A DNA stretch of 63,179 nucleotides, the filler included, from Reticulomyxa filosa (lineage: Eukaryota; Protista; Foraminifera): NCBI GenBank assembly GCA_000512085.1. It is 13 parts of 13 records of this genome, joined end to end, with 100 filler letters (N's around TTAATTAATTAA, not from the genome) between each part and the next. Parts side by side here need not be neighbours in the genome. Positions count along the whole stretch, not along the records: positions 46,589 to 61,564 come from ASPP01003886.1; positions 61,665 to 63,179 come from ASPP01028872.1; 11 more parts are not named here. The stretch is one strand, 5' to 3'. A program made the position numbers and the translations under genes. The notes below the pieces were generated by a model that saw nothing but the letters and a program-made list of their open reading frames with translations, made no database searches and was not told where the DNA came from. This document shows, in pieces, positions 51,615 to 63,024 of this stretch; the stretch's first letter is position 1, and every line of letters starts with the position of its first letter.

Positions 51615-54121
51615 TTATTCTTCCATCCAATCTTCATCGTTATCATCATCACCGTCAGCTTCGTCCATGACAAACTCTCTGTATTTGTCCAAGCTTTTCT
51701 TCAAAACGTTTTGCATATCTTCAGGTTGCACTGACGGCCTTCTGGCTTCGGTGGGGTCCACAACTTTTAAAGTATTGCTTTTGTTGAACCCACGGATTCC
51801 AGCCAGCAAATTGTTGCGTGGACTTGCAGAGTTTACGCTTAATTTATTATTGTTACTTGGAGGCACTTTTGGTGCAAGACCGGTTGGTGGAGGTTTCGGC
51901 ACGTTCGTCTGCGACATCTGTGGAGAATCATCCGTCAATTTAGGCGGAGGGGGTATGAAAGCACCCGTTTTCGGGAGAACGGATGTCGAATTTGCTGATG
52001 TGTATTTTTTATTTGTTTTAAAGTTGTAATTGTTAAGGATCAGCTGTTTGTGTGTTGAATCTTTGAGATGTGATTAAATGCATTTTTTTACAAGTATTAC
52101 AAAAAAAAAAAACACACACATAATACATTTGGTTAGCTCCGCTCTCGGTGGTGGCCTACTAGGAGGCGGTTCAGGGTAATCATTCATAGAAACACTCTTT
52201 TGAATTAAGCCACTGTCACGCGGAGGTAGACGGCCGGATATTGGCGGCGGAGGAGGTTGAGACGAAGAAGAAGATGATGAAGAGAAAGGAGGAGGATGAG
52301 ATGGGGGCGGAGGTTGTGATTGATATTGTGTCTGATATTGTGAGACAGCTTTCGCAGACACATGCGTTGAAGTGTGTTGACTTTGGCCCGAATTTGATGA
52401 TGATGCAAAAGATGATGAATTCCCATCATGGGCAATCTCTTTTTCAATTGAATACGTCTGCACAAACCCTCGAGGCAAAATTGTACCTTCTTCTCTGGCC
52501 TTGCGCCACTCTTGGATTTGCTTTGATGTTTTATTATTTTAATGAATTTAAAAAAAAAAAATAATATAATAATGTTCAAAAAAAAAAAAAAACTTTAATG
52601 ATGTCGGGATCTTTGATATGCATTTGTTCCTCTTTTCCCTCGGGCGAAGTTTCTTTTTTCTGAAGACGCAGCATCAGATCGATGGGATTGGTGGGATGCA
52701 AGTTGTGCTCTTCTTCGTCGATGGCCGACTCGATGGCTGACGTCCACGAGTCCACTTGCTTTTTGGACTTGCAGAAGAATGTGATAAATCCCCATTCCGC
52801 GGATTCGGGCACAAATTTTTTGTTTTGCGTAATGATGGCAAAGCGATGCTCCCCGTCGACAATGTTCGCCTTTGCCGGCAGCGGCGTGTCATACACCACA
52901 CGTAGCTCAAACGTCGGCAGCACCGACAACACCTTCCCGCCCTTCTTCGGCAACGTGGTCAGAATCACCAAGTCATTGCACAATATCACAAACCCTTCCT
53001 TGTCTTTCGTTCCTTGTCCTTCCAAGTAGCGAATGTTCGAAGTCCGATATACCATTCGATGGGGTTTCGCCAAGTCAACTTTGTTCTTGAACAGTTTTCT
53101 TTGCAGTTCTCCGCAAAGCTTAACAAAAAGGATAAACATATACACATATATACATGTATGTATATATGTATATATGTTTATTATGTAATATTTAAAAAAA
53201 ATGTGTTGTTTACCATTCTAGATTTTTTTTCTTTACTTTTGGTAGCGACTTGATCGATCATTTTTTTCATAAAGTCAACGGCTTCCAATAAACTTTCACC
53301 CGAGCTCCCGCCGCCTTCGTGTATAATGGCGGTATACAAGTCCGCGAGTAGCTGCAGATAGGTGGGCAATCGCTTAATGGGCTCTTCCAAGTACGATTGC
53401 AAAGAGCGTCCACACAGCTCTTCGCTCACTTCTAAAAAGTCAACCAATTTCTTGTTCTTCTTTTTCAGCGCTTCCAACGCACCCACTCCCGCTTTCACAT
53501 TGTCAATGTACTCACTGTACAGCTTCAAAAAATGCCCAAATCGCTTCATTTGTGCTCCAATCCCATCTCTTATCGCTGGCAATCCGCCTTTGATCCCTTT
53601 TTAAGTTGTTTTGTTTTATTGCACTTGCGTTCAGTCTCTTTATATATATATATATATGTATATATGTACATATATATATATGCATATGTATATGCACGTA
53701 TATGTATGTATATATGTGACATGCATGGACACATGCCTAATTTGATCAAATCATCCAAAAAAGTTTGATTGGCATCACCAATCGTTTGGAATCCTCCGAA
53801 AATGGTAAAAATATCGCTCTCTGAGAGGATCGAGTGATTGCGCTTTGCCATGATGGCCAGTCGATGCTGAAAGTGGTGATACCCATTCTTCAGGTTTTCC
53901 ACGTAACGTCGCTCACTGTCATAAAACGCAAATATGGCTTCTTCCATTGTCACTTTTCGCTCTTTTGCAACTGGCTTGTTTGTGCTTTCGCTGTTCTCTG
54001 ATTCCGTACTTGATGGGATTGCCTTTTCTTCATCTTGCTGTTGCGGCTTTGCTCTTGGGGGCGCTTTTGTCGGGTTTGGAGGTAGACTAGGTGGGGGAGG
54101 AGGTGCAGAATATTCACTCAT
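51615..54121 (-). CDS. DH-PH RhoGEF with proline-rich region and C-terminal WH2-central-acidic (VCA-like) module, 5 exons
   Basis: DH: FYDSERRYVENLK...IFTIFGG...FLKLYSEYIDN...SLQSYLEEPIKRLPTYLQLL. PH: FVILCNDLVIL...FFCKSKKQVDSWTSAI. Tail: NNLLAGIRGFNKSNTLKVV..DMQNVLKKSLDKYREFV..DDDNDEDWMEE. Exons join in frame. Confidence 0.88.
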
Positions 54122-54516
54122 GTTTTAGTACTGTTTTTTTTTTTAGGTGGGCTTACTTTTTTTTAAAAACCAAACACACTAGTGATCTCGTCTGTCGAAG
54201 TTTCATTTTTAGTTTAAAACGATAGAATTGTAATAAACAATATCAAAAGTAATGAAGAAGAAGTATTTTTACAATCTTTCATATCTCTAAAAATCAATAT
54301 TTCGTCGTTTTTTTTGTGGCAGTATATTTGTTGGGTTTGAAAAGATTTGGTTAATTTAAATGTAATGCAGGAAATACACAAACATTATTGCGTCCGTAAA
54401 TTATCAAATATTCGATTGAGAAAAACGTTAACAGATAATTCAAGTTAAATGAGGCACAATAAATTTGAGCTTTGACAGTTTTGAATTCCTTTACCTTTTT
54501 TAAAAGGAAAAAAAAA

Positions 54517-56087
54517 ATGCACTCTAATCAGTGGTCTGGCATTCAACAGTGTTCTAAAAAGTCTGCAGATTTTTCGAAAAATGTATCATCAGATTCAACA
54601 AGCAAAATTATCATATCTTTGACATCAGATGGTGCATCATGGTTGACAACAGCCTTAACGTCTGAAAAAAAGCCATCAGCAGCACCATCAGCAGGCCCAA
54701 CAGCCCCAAAGCCCGGGTTGTTGCCCCGACCGAGCATTCGCATCACATCAGGGAGACAATGGGTACTGCCAAAAAAGGCAGACAAAGAAGCATACATGAC
54801 GAAAGACCTCGAGCTTTTGAAAATGCCAAACCAGAAACTACATAATCTGAATCATTTGCAACCGGACGAGATGATATTCCAGCCCATGTATTTCGGCATC
54901 GACCCATATTTGGTCGGACGATTATCAGGATATGTTGGCCGCACAGTGCGTTCACAAGCGATTGTGCGCATTATCGCCTCGCGTTGCCACGACTACCAAC
55001 AAGGAGATGTGTTCTGGTCGCGCGATTTCCCGTGGACGACCGCCCACGTGCTCACCAAGTCCAAAGTCGACCGCTGGGTGCAGCTGCGAACTATGCTAAA
55101 GATTTCCTCATCGAAAAAGAAGGAGGAGAGAGAGGAGACCACACAAGAGCCAGACATGTTGTCTCTCTTGTATTTGGGCGCCCTGGGGACCACCGGGCTC
55201 ACCGCTTACTATGGTCTCCTAACCATCGGCTGTCTCAAAGAGGGAGACAAAGTTTTCATTTCTGGTGCCGCAGGTATGTTTTGGCTTTGTACGTGACGCA
55301 TGCATAGATATACATATACGTGTATATATCATGTATTTATATGCATATATACATATACATATACATATATGTATATATAATTAATGATATCATAGGAGCA
55401 ACTGGTTATATTGCAGGACAAATTGCGAAACTAAAGTACAAGAACATATATTTGGCGGGAAGTGCGGGGAGCGATGAGAAGGTGCAGTGGCTGATCAAAG
55501 AACTAAATTTTGACAATGGATTGAATTACAAGCAATTTGGCGAGGACAGGAAGAAGATGCAACAATGTTTACAACAGTTGTTTCCCAACGGGATTGATTT
55601 GTATTTTGATAACACTGGAGGGTTGATCACCGAATGTGTGTGGGACTTGCTAAACTCAAAAGCTCGAGTCGTGGTTTGTGGACAAATTGCACGGTATGAT
55701 AAAATTACACGGTTGAAAAAGACCAAAATCCAATCTTCTTCTTCTTCTTCTTCTGCTACTGCTGCTGCTGATGGTGATAATGATAGTGATTCATCTTCTT
55801 CGATTGGCAAAATCGATGATTTTTTATTCAAACTCATATATAAAGAAATTCGAATTCAAGGGTTTGATGTGGACGATTGCAAAGACTGGACCCCTTTTTA
55901 TCGAGATATGAAAAATTGGATTTCGAAAAAGCAACTCTACACAAAAGAAACGGTCGCACTTGGCTTTGAAAATCTCCCTTCCGCTCTCGAAGGGCTATTT
56001 ACTGGGAAAAACACTGGCAAAATGATTGTCAAGTGCACCGACGCTGATCTCGCCTCTGATCAGTCGTCTCTCAAAAGCAAACTCTAA
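54517..56087 (+). CDS. NADP-dependent alkenal/prostaglandin reductase-like oxidoreductase (MDR family), 2 exons
   Basis: IDPYL; YLGALGTTGLTAYYGLL; VFISGAA|GATGYIAGQIAK; GSAGSDEKV; GIDLYFDNTGG; GLFTGKNTGKMIV. Intron 55274-55395. Confidence 0.92.
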
Positions 56088-56756
56088 AATTGCATTTGTA
56101 TTGTTTGTTTTGTTTTTCGTATTGTGTTTTGCACTGCCAGATAAAATGTTGAAATGCCTCTTTTTTTTGTGTTGAATAAAGTACTTCAGGAAAAACATTC
56201 CATTTTTTTTTTTTTTGTATTTGGGCAGTGAACAACACGTTCCATAGTCGTCTTTTCTAGTCTTTGGTTTTTCAATATGAAAGCACTTGAAACTTGTTTA
56301 GCTTTTAATTTCTTGATTTTAAATGCTTTTTACCGTTTTTGTTTTTTCTTCCTTTAACATAGCATCTTACGCTTCCAGTAATGATGGTGTATCCGTATTA
56401 TTCCATCTTCATTTCTTTCCAATAACAAACATATTTATTTTATTCTTTCTCAAATAAGCTTCTTCGATGCTAAAAGCTACAAATCAATATTTTACTTTCT
56501 TTTTTCTCCAACGTCAAGAATATTTGAATTGCTGGAATGAAAACAGATCTATTGACATTAATACTTTAAAATTCAAAGGAAATAATATTTATTTTATTCA
56601 GTTTTATTTTAAATTACAATCAATATTTTCTGTTTTTTGCACTCGATTTGGTTTTCGAAGTAAAAAAAACAGGCAAGGTAGTGGATTTTTTGTTTAAATT
56701 GAGTATACGGAGATCATTAGTAAAATTTAAGGAAATACATCCAAATAGAAAGAAAT

Positions 56757-58374
56757 ATGGGAAATTGTTATCCTGATCGTTCCACGTTATTTCACTCAAA
56801 TGACTCCCCGTCGACCCAACAACAGCACCATAGTGATCAACCTGCAATACTTAACAGTGCTACACAACTCGCTGCCAAAAAGCGAAAAGACGAATTGGCT
56901 GAAAGATTGAGAAACCCAGGACTAACAGTTGACAAGCAAAAGCATGACGGTTCTTTCGAGAGTAATTCACGTAATCGTCCCGAATTTGCCCAAGAAGCAG
57001 TGAAAATAACCAATCAATTTTGGTTGGAACATATTCAAAGTCTTACAGACGAAAAGAAAGCAGTAAAAAAAAAAAAATTTTTTCTCAGCAAGAGCGACAT
57101 TTTTTTTTGTGCGTGTTTATGTCCGTTGTAGCAGCAATAAAATTTTTAAAAAAGAGAAGCATGTTTTTTTTTTGTTTTTGCGTTTTGGAGTTATACGTAT
57201 TTTTTGGGTACCTTTTTGCTGTTTGTCTATTTAAAAAAAAAATGTTCCCCAAAATTATCTAGATAATAGCTGTGACATTGTATGGGCATTTGTTCTGTCG
57301 CTTATCTGATTGCCGACAAATATTTTTGGAACGTGGCAAAGTCGAAGATGTCAGCATTGAGCTGTTGCAAAGTGTTATGTTTTAATTTAAAAAAAGGACT
57401 GAACGGAAGAGAAATATAGGTGATAAAAAAAATTATGTGAATAAATTAAATAAACAATAATCAGATTGGACAATTGCTATCGATTGTATCCAAAAAAAAT
57501 ATCAGCAAAATCCAAATGGATCTGCGAAAGTTAGGGGCAGTGTATTGTGAATTTGGAATAACGGACAAACATTATCACTTGTTTTTACAAGCGTTGCATT
57601 GGACATTTGAAGAGTCAAGTGGCGGTCGCAATGTGTACTCATTACGTATCAAGTTTTGCTTGGAACACATTTTCACCACATCGGCCAAGATCATCACGGG
57701 CAAGGATTTCACTTCTTTATTTGGAGATCGGGTGCTTGATTTCTGGTCCTTGGAGTTTTTGGATTCTTTGGATATCTGTCTTGCCCATCCTACTGGTATT
57801 TTTTATTTTTTATTGTTAAAATTTGCGGATATGGGATACAACATGACTAGTTTTTGTAATTATATTTTATTTTTTTGTGGGAAAAAAAAAAAGGAAGAGA
57901 ATATTTTGATCGTTATTTGGAACAATCGTTTTGTGTTGAATACATGTCGTTTTTGCGTAAGTTTAATGCCTTCAAAGGTCTGTCATCCCATCGAGAGAGA
58001 TATGAAAAAGCTTTGGAAATTTATCGTGCTCATTTATCTTTAAGTGCACAAGAATATATTGAGTTATCCAACCAAGACTACGTTGATCAGGTAGGTTTTT
58101 TTGTTTTTCAGGAAAAAAGGGTTAAAACGAAAGGGACCGAACTGGAAAAATTTACACGAAAAAAAAGCTGAAACATGAACTGGACAATTTTGCCCAATAT
58201 CAATCGAACGGATCAGAAAATGAAACAGATGAATCACCGGTTTATCTAATCAAAAGTACTCTGCTAGATAATGTTTATAACGATGTTGCCAAAATTATTG
58301 AAAAAGACATTTGGCCACAATTTGTGGCCGCTATTCATTCTATTAAGGAGGCCACTCGACCTCAAGTGGTTTAA
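56757..58374 (+). CDS. Globin-RGS fusion protein with N-terminal MGxC lipidation motif, about 383 aa, 5 exons
   Basis: Exons 56757-57062, 57263-57373, 57465-57795, 57894-58090, 58168-58374, all GT-AG and in frame. Globin: FW..LYGHLF..RQIF..LRKLGAVYCEFGITDKHYHLFLQAL. RGS: SLDICLAHPTGREYFDRYLEQSFCVEYMSF..ALEIYRAHL..IEL..IIEKDIWPQF. Confidence 0.82.
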
Positions 58375-59488
58375 TTCCTTTTTTTTTTGCCCTCCTGAAT
58401 CCCTTTTTTCATACCTCAAAACAAATAATCAAAAGCTAATGTTGTTTAGAGGGTGCCTTTTTGTTCGGTTGTTTTGGTTGAATTTTTTTTTTTCTAAAAT
58501 TTTATTTACTTAAAATTATTATATTTCTTTAATTTTTATTTTTTTATTTGTCTTGTTTCGTTTCTTTGTTTTGGTGTATTTTTCTCTTTTTTCCTCTTTT
58601 TTCTCTTTTTTCTCTCTTTTTTATTCGAACACGACACACACAACATTGACAAAAAAATTGTTATATATTCACCCAAATTTCCCTTTGGTTTTTCGGCGTT
58701 CTTTCACTATAATCTTTATAGAGGGAATGGTAAAATACCCATTTTCTATTAATGAAATTTGGTTTTTTTGTATGTTTGTGTGCTATTGCTGTCTGACCTT
58801 ATTATTTTTTCCGTGTCAAACGTGTGATTTTGTCTTTTCGTTCTGCAAGCAAAATTTGGAAAATTGCTTTGCAGTTGCTCGTATGCGTGCAACTTTTTTC
58901 TAATTCAATCATCCATGACGTATTTTGGGAGGTATATCTTGCAATAGTTGCGGCTCATGAACAACAATTTTGTACGTTAACAAAAAAGCAGAAGTAAAAA
59001 AGTACAATGTCAGACTTTTTGAAAAGAATAGAAAAGTAAATGAAAACAAATTAATCTATGAAATACACAACAATCACAGAAACACAGCATAGGCCAAACT
59101 TCAATAAGTGCTAACTAGCAAAAAGAGGGGAAATAGTCCCAATGACATAAAGCACCAATGAATTTGTCAAATTTGCATGCAAATTTGACCTCCAATCGGT
59201 CAATATTTTTTGTGGAGAACAACATCATCACAAGGTAACAAATAAAAAATGTTAAACTTTTTATTTGTCACAAAACATTTCACCGATATACGTAGCATGC
59301 TTTCTTATCTTTTTCTCTCCCTTTTTTTTTGGGAGGTTATAAAAAGAAGACAAGACGAAGGGAAGGAAAGAAAACTGTAAAAGAAATTCGTTAGAATAGT
59401 TTGGCATAGATTGCATTTCATTTGTTTTAACTTTTTGTGTCTGAGAGATTACTTCATAGTTCGAAAATCGAATCTCGATCTGAAACAA

Positions 59489-61564
59489 TTAAACATTGAG
59501 CATCCCCGCAGGGATCATTCGTCTTTTGGCTGGAGGCATTTTTATTGTCAGTGCAGCGTTTGAATTGTTGATTCTTGGTCTTGCTCCACGAATAGGTGTA
59601 TCCATGGCATCAGGACGATTATAACCAAAAAAGCCATTTTTTTTTTTAATGGGTTGTTGTCTATAAAATTTGGTGGTGGTTGAAAATAGATTCTCGTAGT
59701 CGATACTGGATGCTCATCGGCATCATCCACATTTGTTTTCAATTCATTTTCCATTTCTCTTCGCAATCGCTTTTTGTTCATACGCATATTCTTGTCTACA
59801 TTATTCGCTTCCACTGCATATTTATCGGCACCCTTACCAACGTCTTGATTTTCTCTTTTTTTTGGTTTGACTGTTACATTTACCTTTCGGTCGTTTTTTT
59901 CCACGGTTCGATTTTTGGACGCGGTTAGCGCGCGTTTCATGCAATTTTTACAAGAAAAGTTACCCTAATGAACGTTTCAATAAAACAACGCATCTTTTTT
60001 TTTTCCCTCCCCTTTGGCATCTTTTTTTTTTTTAGAAAAAAACTTCTGGGACGTAGGCTGGGCTAAAGGGAAGCCAACAGGACAGATGGATACAATGACC
60101 GCACCAGTTGCAGTATACAGCCTCCCATTCTTTGATCGGATCCTCCTCACGGCATGCCATACACGGCGTCTCACTTCCATCTTCAGAATCAGAATCTCTT
60201 TTTTCTGGTTGGCCCAATATTTCTATTGCACTTGTGTACTGTTCTTCCTTTTTTTTTTTTTGTTAATTAGCAAATAGTTATTTGTTTCCTCCTTTTTTTT
60301 TTAAAAAAAAGAACGGAACAAAAGTTTTGAAATCACGGTAATTTTGCAGAGAACAGGTTTTCAATAGGCCTTTGGACAAGCTCTGTGACAACGAGTAGTT
60401 TGGGTTGGCTTGGAACTTTTCAAGCAGTTCGAGCGTGGTTCGATTAAAGAGCGTGTCGGTGGAATAGACTGGGAAAGGCCAATCGTCTTCGGAGCTGTCT
60501 GAGTCAACGGTTGCGTGATGAGCTGGCCTTGTCAACGAGTCTTTGTGTGGTTTGCATTTTCCAGATTTTTCTTTCTGTTCATTTGCATCCAGCCTTTTCG
60601 TCCCCTTCTTTTCTTTCAGCTTGTTTTTCATCACTGTCACTTGTTGTTGATGCTCATTATCCTTATCCTTATTATTATTCTTATTACTATTACTATCATT
60701 ATTATCCTTATTCTTATCATTGTTATTATCTTTATCATTATTATTATTATTATTGTTATTATTATCATTATTATTCTTATTATTATTATCATTGTTATTC
60801 TTATTAATACTCTTATTCTTATGCATGTGCATATGTGAGTGGGTATGAGTGTGAGTGTGAGTGTGCATAGACGTGGATTGGACTTGGATGGCCTGAGCCT
60901 TTTCTTTGGGCAATTGCTGTCGCATCTGTTGTCTCTGCTGCTTTTTTTTCTCGCGCATTTCGGCGAATTCCTTATACTTTTGCTGCGTGGAATTATCGGT
61001 ATGTTCGGCTTCGACGTCGATGACATCAGCATGCGGCTGAAGATCGAACTGAAATTTTCGAAACAATTTCTCCACGACACTGAAGGCATTTTCATCGTTG
61101 CAACAGCCACCTGCAGGCTTCTTTTCGTCTTCCTCCAGTTTCGTGTGCGCACTGGCGACAGTGCGCTTTTCAATATGGAGTGGCTCCACTTTGCGAGGAC
61201 CGATCAGCAGCGGCAGTGGCGGTGCGTCTTCCACAAGGTCGATGATTTCGGCAGGCGGAGGCAGGCAGAATTTGTTGTTGTCATCACCGTCATCGGTGAT
61301 ATCAAACTGAGCTCTCTTTTCTCCATTGTGTTTACCAACTGCAGTATTACCGGCATTGGCAATCGTCACGTGTTTCGAAGAAGAGGAGAGCGAAGAAGAG
61401 GAAGAAGAAGAAGAAATACATAAGGAAAGTACTCCTTTGTGAGAACGATGTGAAATGGTTGGAACAAATTTGATGTCCTTTTCATCTTCCTTATTATTGT
61501 CAATGTTATTGTTATTTCTATTTCTATTGCTAATGTTATTATTATTACTATTACTATTACTATT
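59489..61564 (-). CDS. PHD-finger protein with long Asn/His-rich low-complexity region, 5'-partial, multi-exon
   Basis: C4HC3 pattern CMAC...YCNWCGHCIHLSC...|FSCKNC across an intron. The 3' end needs a frameshift in the homopolymer near 59640. Confidence 0.65.
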
Positions 61565-61664
61565 NNNNNNNNNNNNNNNNNNNNNNNNNNNNNNNNNNNN
61601 NNNNNNNNTTAATTAATTAANNNNNNNNNNNNNNNNNNNNNNNNNNNNNNNNNNNNNNNNNNNN
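61565..61664. other. Artificial contig-joining spacer
   Basis: N44-TTAATTAATTAA-N44. Confidence 0.97.
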
Positions 61665-61700
61665 TGATGGCATATAACCTCTCTTTTGGTTTATACCTCT

Positions 61701-62437
61701 ATGCTTCTACTTTCCTCTCTTTTTCTCAACTATTTTGTATTTATTTCATCCGATCGCCCTGAGGGTTCTATGAGCAATTCAAATAATCTAGCTTATAATA
61801 CAAATAAAGATAATTATAAATTACCTGAAGGATTCACATACCTTTCTGATATTGCACCAGAAATTGAGCAATATGTAATGTATGCAAAAAAAGATAATTT
61901 TCTTGGAAATAAAGTAAATGGTTATGAAAAAGAAGTTATAATTTGTACTGAGCAAGCAGCTAAAGCTTTAAAAAAATTAATGCAGAGCTCAATAAATTTA
62001 ATTTAGGCTTCAAAGTTTTTGATGCCTATAGGCATCAAAGAGCAGTAAATCATTTCAAAGAATGGTCGTTAGATGCATCTGATCAGATAGTGAAAGCGAA
62101 TTACTATCCCAATATTAATAAAAAGGATCTTTTTGATAAGGGCTATATCGCATTGTTGTCTGGACATAGTAGAGGTAGTACAGTTGATCTTACAATTATT
62201 GATATTTCATCTAAAGAAGAATTAGAAATGGGGACGAAAATTGATTTTATGGATGAGCTTTCTCATACTGAAAACCCTGATATTTCCAGCGAAGCTAAAA
62301 AGAATAGATTGATGTTTAGGTTGATAATGGAAAAGTATGGTTTTGAAAATTACTCTAAAGAATGGTGGCATTTTACGTTAAAAGATGAACCTTTCAAAAG
62401 AAAACCAGAGGATCATTTTGACTTTCCAATTAGGTAA
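61701..62437 (+). CDS. ddpX: Bacterial D-alanyl-D-alanine dipeptidase (VanX/DdpX, peptidase M15D), frameshifted in A7 run 61970-61976
   Basis: YAKKDNFLG..GY; FKVFDAYR.QRAV (after adding one A); SGHSRGSTVDLT; EWWHF zinc ligands. No introns. Confidence 0.9.
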
Positions 62438-62472
62438 ATATTCTGCAAGTTTCGATATTATTATGGTTATTC

Positions 62473-63024
62473 ATGTCTCCTACAAATGATGTTACTCCAA
62501 AAGATATTATAAACTTTTGGTATGATAAAGCTCACCAAAAACTTTGGTTTGCAAAAGATATTAATTTTGACAATGAGATCAGGAAAAATTTTATCGATAC
62601 CTATAGCAAGGCTCTTGAAGGTAAATTGAAGAGTTGGGAAGAAAGTGAAGAGGGTATATTAGCCTTAGTTATTATTTTTGATCAATTTTCTCGCAATATG
62701 TTTAGAGATTCGCCCCAAGCTTTTGCAACGGATCAAAAGGCTTTAAATTTAGCAAAGCAAGCAATAGCTAAAGGTTGGGATAAAGAATTAAAACAAGAAT
62801 ATAAGCAATTTTTGTATATGCCTTTTATGCATAGTGAGAATTTAGAAGATAATGAGATGGGAGTGAAATTATTGGGGAAAACTGAGGAGAATCAAAGATA
62901 CGCAGTAATGCATAGGGATATAATAAAGAGGTTTGGAAGATTTCCTCATCGCAATAACATTCTCAATAGAAGCTCTACAGAAGAAGAAGTCGAATTTCTT
63001 AAGCAAAAAAATTCATCTTTTTAA
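62473..63024 (+). CDS. Bacterial DUF924 family protein
   Basis: IINFWY..WFAKD..FD.EIR; LALVIIFDQFSRNMFR; FLYMPFMHSE; HRDIIKRFGRFPHRN.ILNR.ST.EE. Starts 35 nt after the ddpX stop. Confidence 0.93.
   Translation: MSPTNDVTPKDIINFWYDKAHQKLWFAKDINFDNEIRKNFIDTYSKALEGKLKSWEESEEGILALVIIFDQFSRNMFRDSPQAFATDQKALNLAKQAIAKGWDKELKQEYKQFLYMPFMHSENLEDNEMGVKLLGKTEENQRYAVMHRDIIKRFGRFPHRNNILNRSSTEEEVEFLKQKNSSF

Noticed and set aside
8667-61664. Twelve identical TTAATTAATTAA palindromes within N runs, superficially a regularly repeated element
   Set aside because: The exact N44-12-N44 format with six-frame stops is an artificial concatenation linker. Gene neighbourhoods across it are not biological.
2300-61976. 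Repeated 1-nt frameshifts in otherwise intact genes (about 2308, 3068, 10437, 45895, 59640, 61972), suggesting programmed ribosomal frameshifting
   Set aside because: Most fall in or beside A/T homopolymers, share no stop-adjacent motif, and also affect the bacterial contig. Homopolymer sequencing error is the simpler explanation; raw reads would settle it.
61701-62437. vanX as a vancomycin-resistance determinant
   Set aside because: No vanH, vanA or vanRS neighbours are visible; stand-alone DdpX-type dipeptidases are common housekeeping genes.
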